Shown: one piece after another, positions 28,725 to 32,000 of the stretch
Layout: each line of letters begins with the position of its first letter
Position numbering within the stretch: the stretch's first letter is position 1
NCBI GenBank assembly: GCA_002794465.1
Contig: MTSL01000114.1
Coordinates: 1 to 32,000, forward strand
Length of the DNA: 32,000 nucleotides
Source: Paramicrosporidium saccamoebae KSL3
Taxonomy: Eukaryota > Fungi > Cryptomycota
Reading direction: 5' to 3'
Notes under the pieces: generated by a model
What the model was told of the DNA's origin: nothing
The model's input: only the letters and a program-made list of their open reading frames with translations
Databases searched by the model: none
Program-made: the position numbers and the translations under genes

Positions 28725-30264
28725 CTAAGCAATGTCCCTTGTGGGGGAGAGAATACAATTCAGATAGTATTTGACACCGGAGGGAGAATCATCACGACAC
28801 AAAATGCCAGCCTTTTCAGACTTTTCCAAATAAAGAATTGAAATGGACAGGGTCATATTAGCTTTACGAGACACTGCAAGGGCGTCAACGCAATCCAGTT
28901 CATCGACAATCAAGCTTTTCACGGTCCTCATAATGACTGCATCGGTCTGGTCCCGAGACTGGACAACCAGCAGACCGCTGGGGAGCTTACAGAGTTCAAC
29001 CGGCATGGAAAGATCCGACATGAGCGAGGCAGCACGGAACAAGTCTTCGGGAGAGACGAGATTTGTGCCCCGGGCTCGATTATACAGACAGTACACATCA
29101 GCAAGTGGCAACATTGGCGATTTCCGACGCTCTAAAAGCCTGAAAATGAAATCGCCCAATTGTCTTGAGAGCTCTTTGGTGAACGAGTTGCCTGTCGTTT
29201 CCTTGGTCACCGCCCCAGCAACTCCCATTTCCAATAGTAAATTGCGAAAGTCCCGTTCCGTCTGCTCATCCACACTATCAGATTTGTTTGCCAATTTATT
29301 CGAGACGCTCTCGGCAAGCTTCACCATCTCCGAGGCTTTGCTCATTAACGAGTCCAAATCATTAAAAGCCACTGACAAATTGGCATCAGTGTCCTGTTGT
29401 GAAATGTTCACCCGTTTAAGCAATCCAGCGACTCCGCCGACCGACGGATCAAAGACACGTTCTTCTCGTCGTTCATACGTCTAAATCTCATGAATAATGT
29501 CTGCAAGACGTACCGTCCATTCTTGCTTCTGTATGGCCATTTGGAGATGCGCAAGAAAGTTGGATGGCCCCACTCCACGAAACGAGAGACGAATGTAATC
29601 ATCGCCGCCCTCAGACACGGACTCTGTTAGCTCTGGAGATGCACGCGGCATCAGTCTCGGCGTGCCACACATCTCACAGGCTTGCAGAACAGACTTGTTG
29701 ACAAAGGTGCAAATGTGACAATCCCATCCGACATCTTTTGGGGCGAGTTTCTCTTGGGGCCGTGGCACACCACAAATACCGCATTTGATTTTGTCAGTTG
29801 TGTTCCGTTCAGAACAAATGGTGCAAGTCCAGAATGAAGGCTGTGGAGAGTTGACAGTCTTTTCTGAAGTGATAGAACATGCCGGATGGAATGGAGACTG
29901 TGTACATTTGGGCAGTAGGAAGAGTGTGACCTTGGGACTGCTCTTCAGGAAGCCCGACTAATCCATTAGTACGCAAAGCCATCTCACCTTTGAAGTGTGC
30001 CTACTCACCAGACTAAGACTCAGAGATATAGAGTTATCTACAGGACGGACTGCGTCTCGCCATAATATTCGGTGGTTGGTTAGTATTAGCGATCCATCCT
30101 GGTATTCTGCTGCCTGCACATCTCTACAAAAGGTCACTGGAATTCTCCTACTTGTACCGGTCATATAAGGCGACTTTTGGGATTAGCAGTAGCTCACTTT
30201 CATGCTCCAACAACTGGGCTCTCTGTGTCCGCTGGTCAACGGTGAGTCTGTCCCACCTATCCAT
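28725..30264 (-). CDS. VPS36: ESCRT-II subunit Vps36 (~480 aa)
   Basis: Introns 30157-30124, 29987-29958 and 29513-29481. GLUE domain (GSLILTNHRILW), two NZF fingers (WTCTIC..C..C; WDCHICTFVN..CEMC), and AFNDLDSLM..A.EMV / YCLYNRARGTNLVSPED. Confidence 0.93.
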
Positions 30265-30440
30265 TCAGCCAATCACACTTCTGTGCGTTGTTGCAGTGAG
30301 AGCGAGAATGAGAGTAAGAGTGAAAGGGAGGATGAGTGTGAGGATCAAATACTCCCGGCTATTACTATAATACAATCTCTATACGCATAAATGCCTCGCA
30401 CACTTTATTGAAGCAATTGCTCGTGATTAATCCCAAAGTA

Positions 30441-30761
30441 TTATTCGTGGCCAGACAGTTGCTGCAGATCAGAGATCGAAGGACAGTTTAAATTTCCGGC
30501 AAATTTGCCCTCTTCCCTCAAATCATCCCATCGTGAGACCCAGTTTTGCGGACAGATAATCTTGTAGTTTCGCTTAAAATAGTCGCAGGGACTAAAGTCT
30601 GCACCCTTGGCTGCAACGCACATGTGGTAGTCGACATAGTTTTGCCAGCAATTTTTGGTCTGGTTGGCGTTGGGGAAGCGTGGGTCAAAGGGAGCGGTGG
30701 AGAGGACGACGCTATCGGGGTCGTTTTGGAGTTGCTCGAGGGTGGGAGCTGAGTTTGGCAT
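30441..30761 (-). CDS. COX12: Cytochrome c oxidase subunit 6B (Cox12)
   Basis: [27 protein letters not shown]...C..F...Y..ICP..WV..WD..R..GKF. Confidence 0.95.
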   Translation of the reverse strand: MPNSAPTLEQLQNDPDSVVLSTAPFDPRFPNANQTKNCWQNYVDYHMCVAAKGADFSPCDYFKRNYKIICPQNWVSRWDDLREEGKFAGNLNCPSISDLQQLSGHE

Positions 30762-31032
30762 TGCGCAATCTTTCCGTTCCTTAAAGGAAAAATCAAATTG
30801 CTATTGAGAAGTTTCTAATCTGTATGAGGCCTTGATTCGAGTGAGGTCTACATCGTAGTAATAATCGAGGGTTTTTGATATGTGATGTACGCACTCTCTC
30901 ATATATGTAAAGGTCCGTTTTCCTTGAACCATATATATACCTTCACTTTCTCATTTTAACCCACTCGCTCTTATATCCGCTTTCACAGTCCCTGGTCTTA
31001 GATACACTCTCTGACACTTTTCCACTTTATTA

Positions 31033-31715
31033 ATGAGTTCTAATTCTTTGCAAAACCCCATCTTGTATTCATACTGGAGAAGCTCAGCCGCTTGGAGAGT
31101 CCGCATAGCGTTAGAATTGAAGGGAATCCAGTACGAATATCGTGCTGTCAATCTCGTGCAAGGCGAACAAGTAAACCCATCAGTATTTACTCAGCCAAGT
31201 AGAGAAGCGATGATTACAAAAAGAATGTCCATCCTGGTGGACTTGTCCCTGCCCTCCAGATCTCTGAGAGTCAGGCCCCTCTGACTCAGTCCATTGCCAT
31301 CCTCAGCTATCTCGAGTCATTAGCGTCGCCCTCTTTGCTGCCCGAGGACCTATTGATGCGGGCCCATGTGCTGGAGCTCGTCTACACCATTGCATGTGAC
31401 ACACATCCTCTTCAGAATTTGCGCGTCCTCCAGACATATCCCGAGGACGATCGCCCCGATCATGCCAAGCGCATAATTTCCTCGGGATTGACGACTTTTG
31501 AGCTGTTACTGGGGGAACAATTTGGAAAATGTTGCGTTGCGGACGAGGTTACCTGGGCTGACATTGTTCTTGTGCCACAGGTCTATAATGCTCAACGATG
31601 GGGTGTGCAGATGGAACAATTTCCGAAAATCTCCAAAATCTACGGACATTTAATCACACTGCCTGCATTCATCGCAGCCCACGCAGATAACCAGCCAGAC
31701 GCTCCTAAACAGTAA
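31033..31715 (+). CDS. GSTZ1: Glutathione S-transferase zeta / maleylacetoacetate isomerase (~216 aa)
   Basis: [21 protein letters not shown]. Intron 31171-31202 joins to [49 protein letters not shown]. Confidence 0.93.
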
Positions 31716-31720
31716 CTTTA

Positions 31721-32000
31721 TTAAAACTCTTTGCCATGTTTCACGTCATCGTGTATGATACTGAAATTCGGACGTTTTATATTACGGCGCTCACAAGCAA
31801 GTATCTGTCTGAAGCGCACCACTCCCTCCATCCCGTATCGTTCAGCGCAACGTTCCAGTTCTGGTCGCTGGAGATTATCCAGATGGTGAGCGTAGAATAT
31901 TAACACATCGTGGGTATAGGCTATCCATTCTTCTGGCGTGCAGGGAGGACTCAGCAGCTTGGGTATCATTCTGAAGCCACTGAATATGCCTCCCCATTGC
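31721..32000 (-). CDS. 3' part of an unidentified gene running off the window edge
   Basis: The frame is open from the window end (..QWGGIFSGFRMIPKLLSPPCTPEEW..) to a stop 5 bp from the GSTZ1 stop. Confidence 0.55.
   Translation of the reverse strand, partial: QWGGIFSGFRMIPKLLSPPCTPEEWIAYTHDVLIFYAHHLDNLQRPELERCAERYGMEGVVRFRQILACERRNIKRPNFSIIHDDVKHGKEF

Noticed and set aside
1-32000. Transposase, reverse transcriptase, integrase or viral hallmark genes
   Set aside because: No such motifs were recognised in any ORF or in the spacer frames I translated.

Overview
Eukaryotic, very gene-dense DNA. I count about 22 protein genes, 3 tRNA genes and 21 tiny GT-AG introns (29-38 bp) that I reconstructed by hand. 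Housekeeping genes: bystin, VPS45, a TRIP4/Rqt4-like zinc finger, a TFIIIC subunit 6-like gene, RPB6, Nup82-like, SerRS, LSM12, VPS36 and GST-zeta. Respiring-mitochondrion genes: AFG3/YTA12, ADCK2, COX12, a Tim17-family protein and YbeY. Others: an ABCG transporter, hemolysin III, PLAC8 and two lineage-specific signal-peptide proteins. Microsporidia-like compaction together with aerobic mitochondria suggests an early-diverging fungal-lineage parasite (Rozellomycota, Paramicrosporidium-like). This is inference only. Most notable: a tRNA-Arg(UCU)/tRNA-Ile(AAU) tandem with an 8-nt spacer whose terminator lies 25 nt from the ATG of an intron-split gene missing from the ORF track; a ~110-bp diverged inverted repeat in the 3' flanks of the divergent AFG3/ADCK2 pair; two genes sharing a 30-bp divergent spacer; a head-to-head SerRS/YbeY pair; and a strongly codon-biased type I surface protein with Cys-paired repeats. 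No transposase, CRISPR array or viral gene was recognised.
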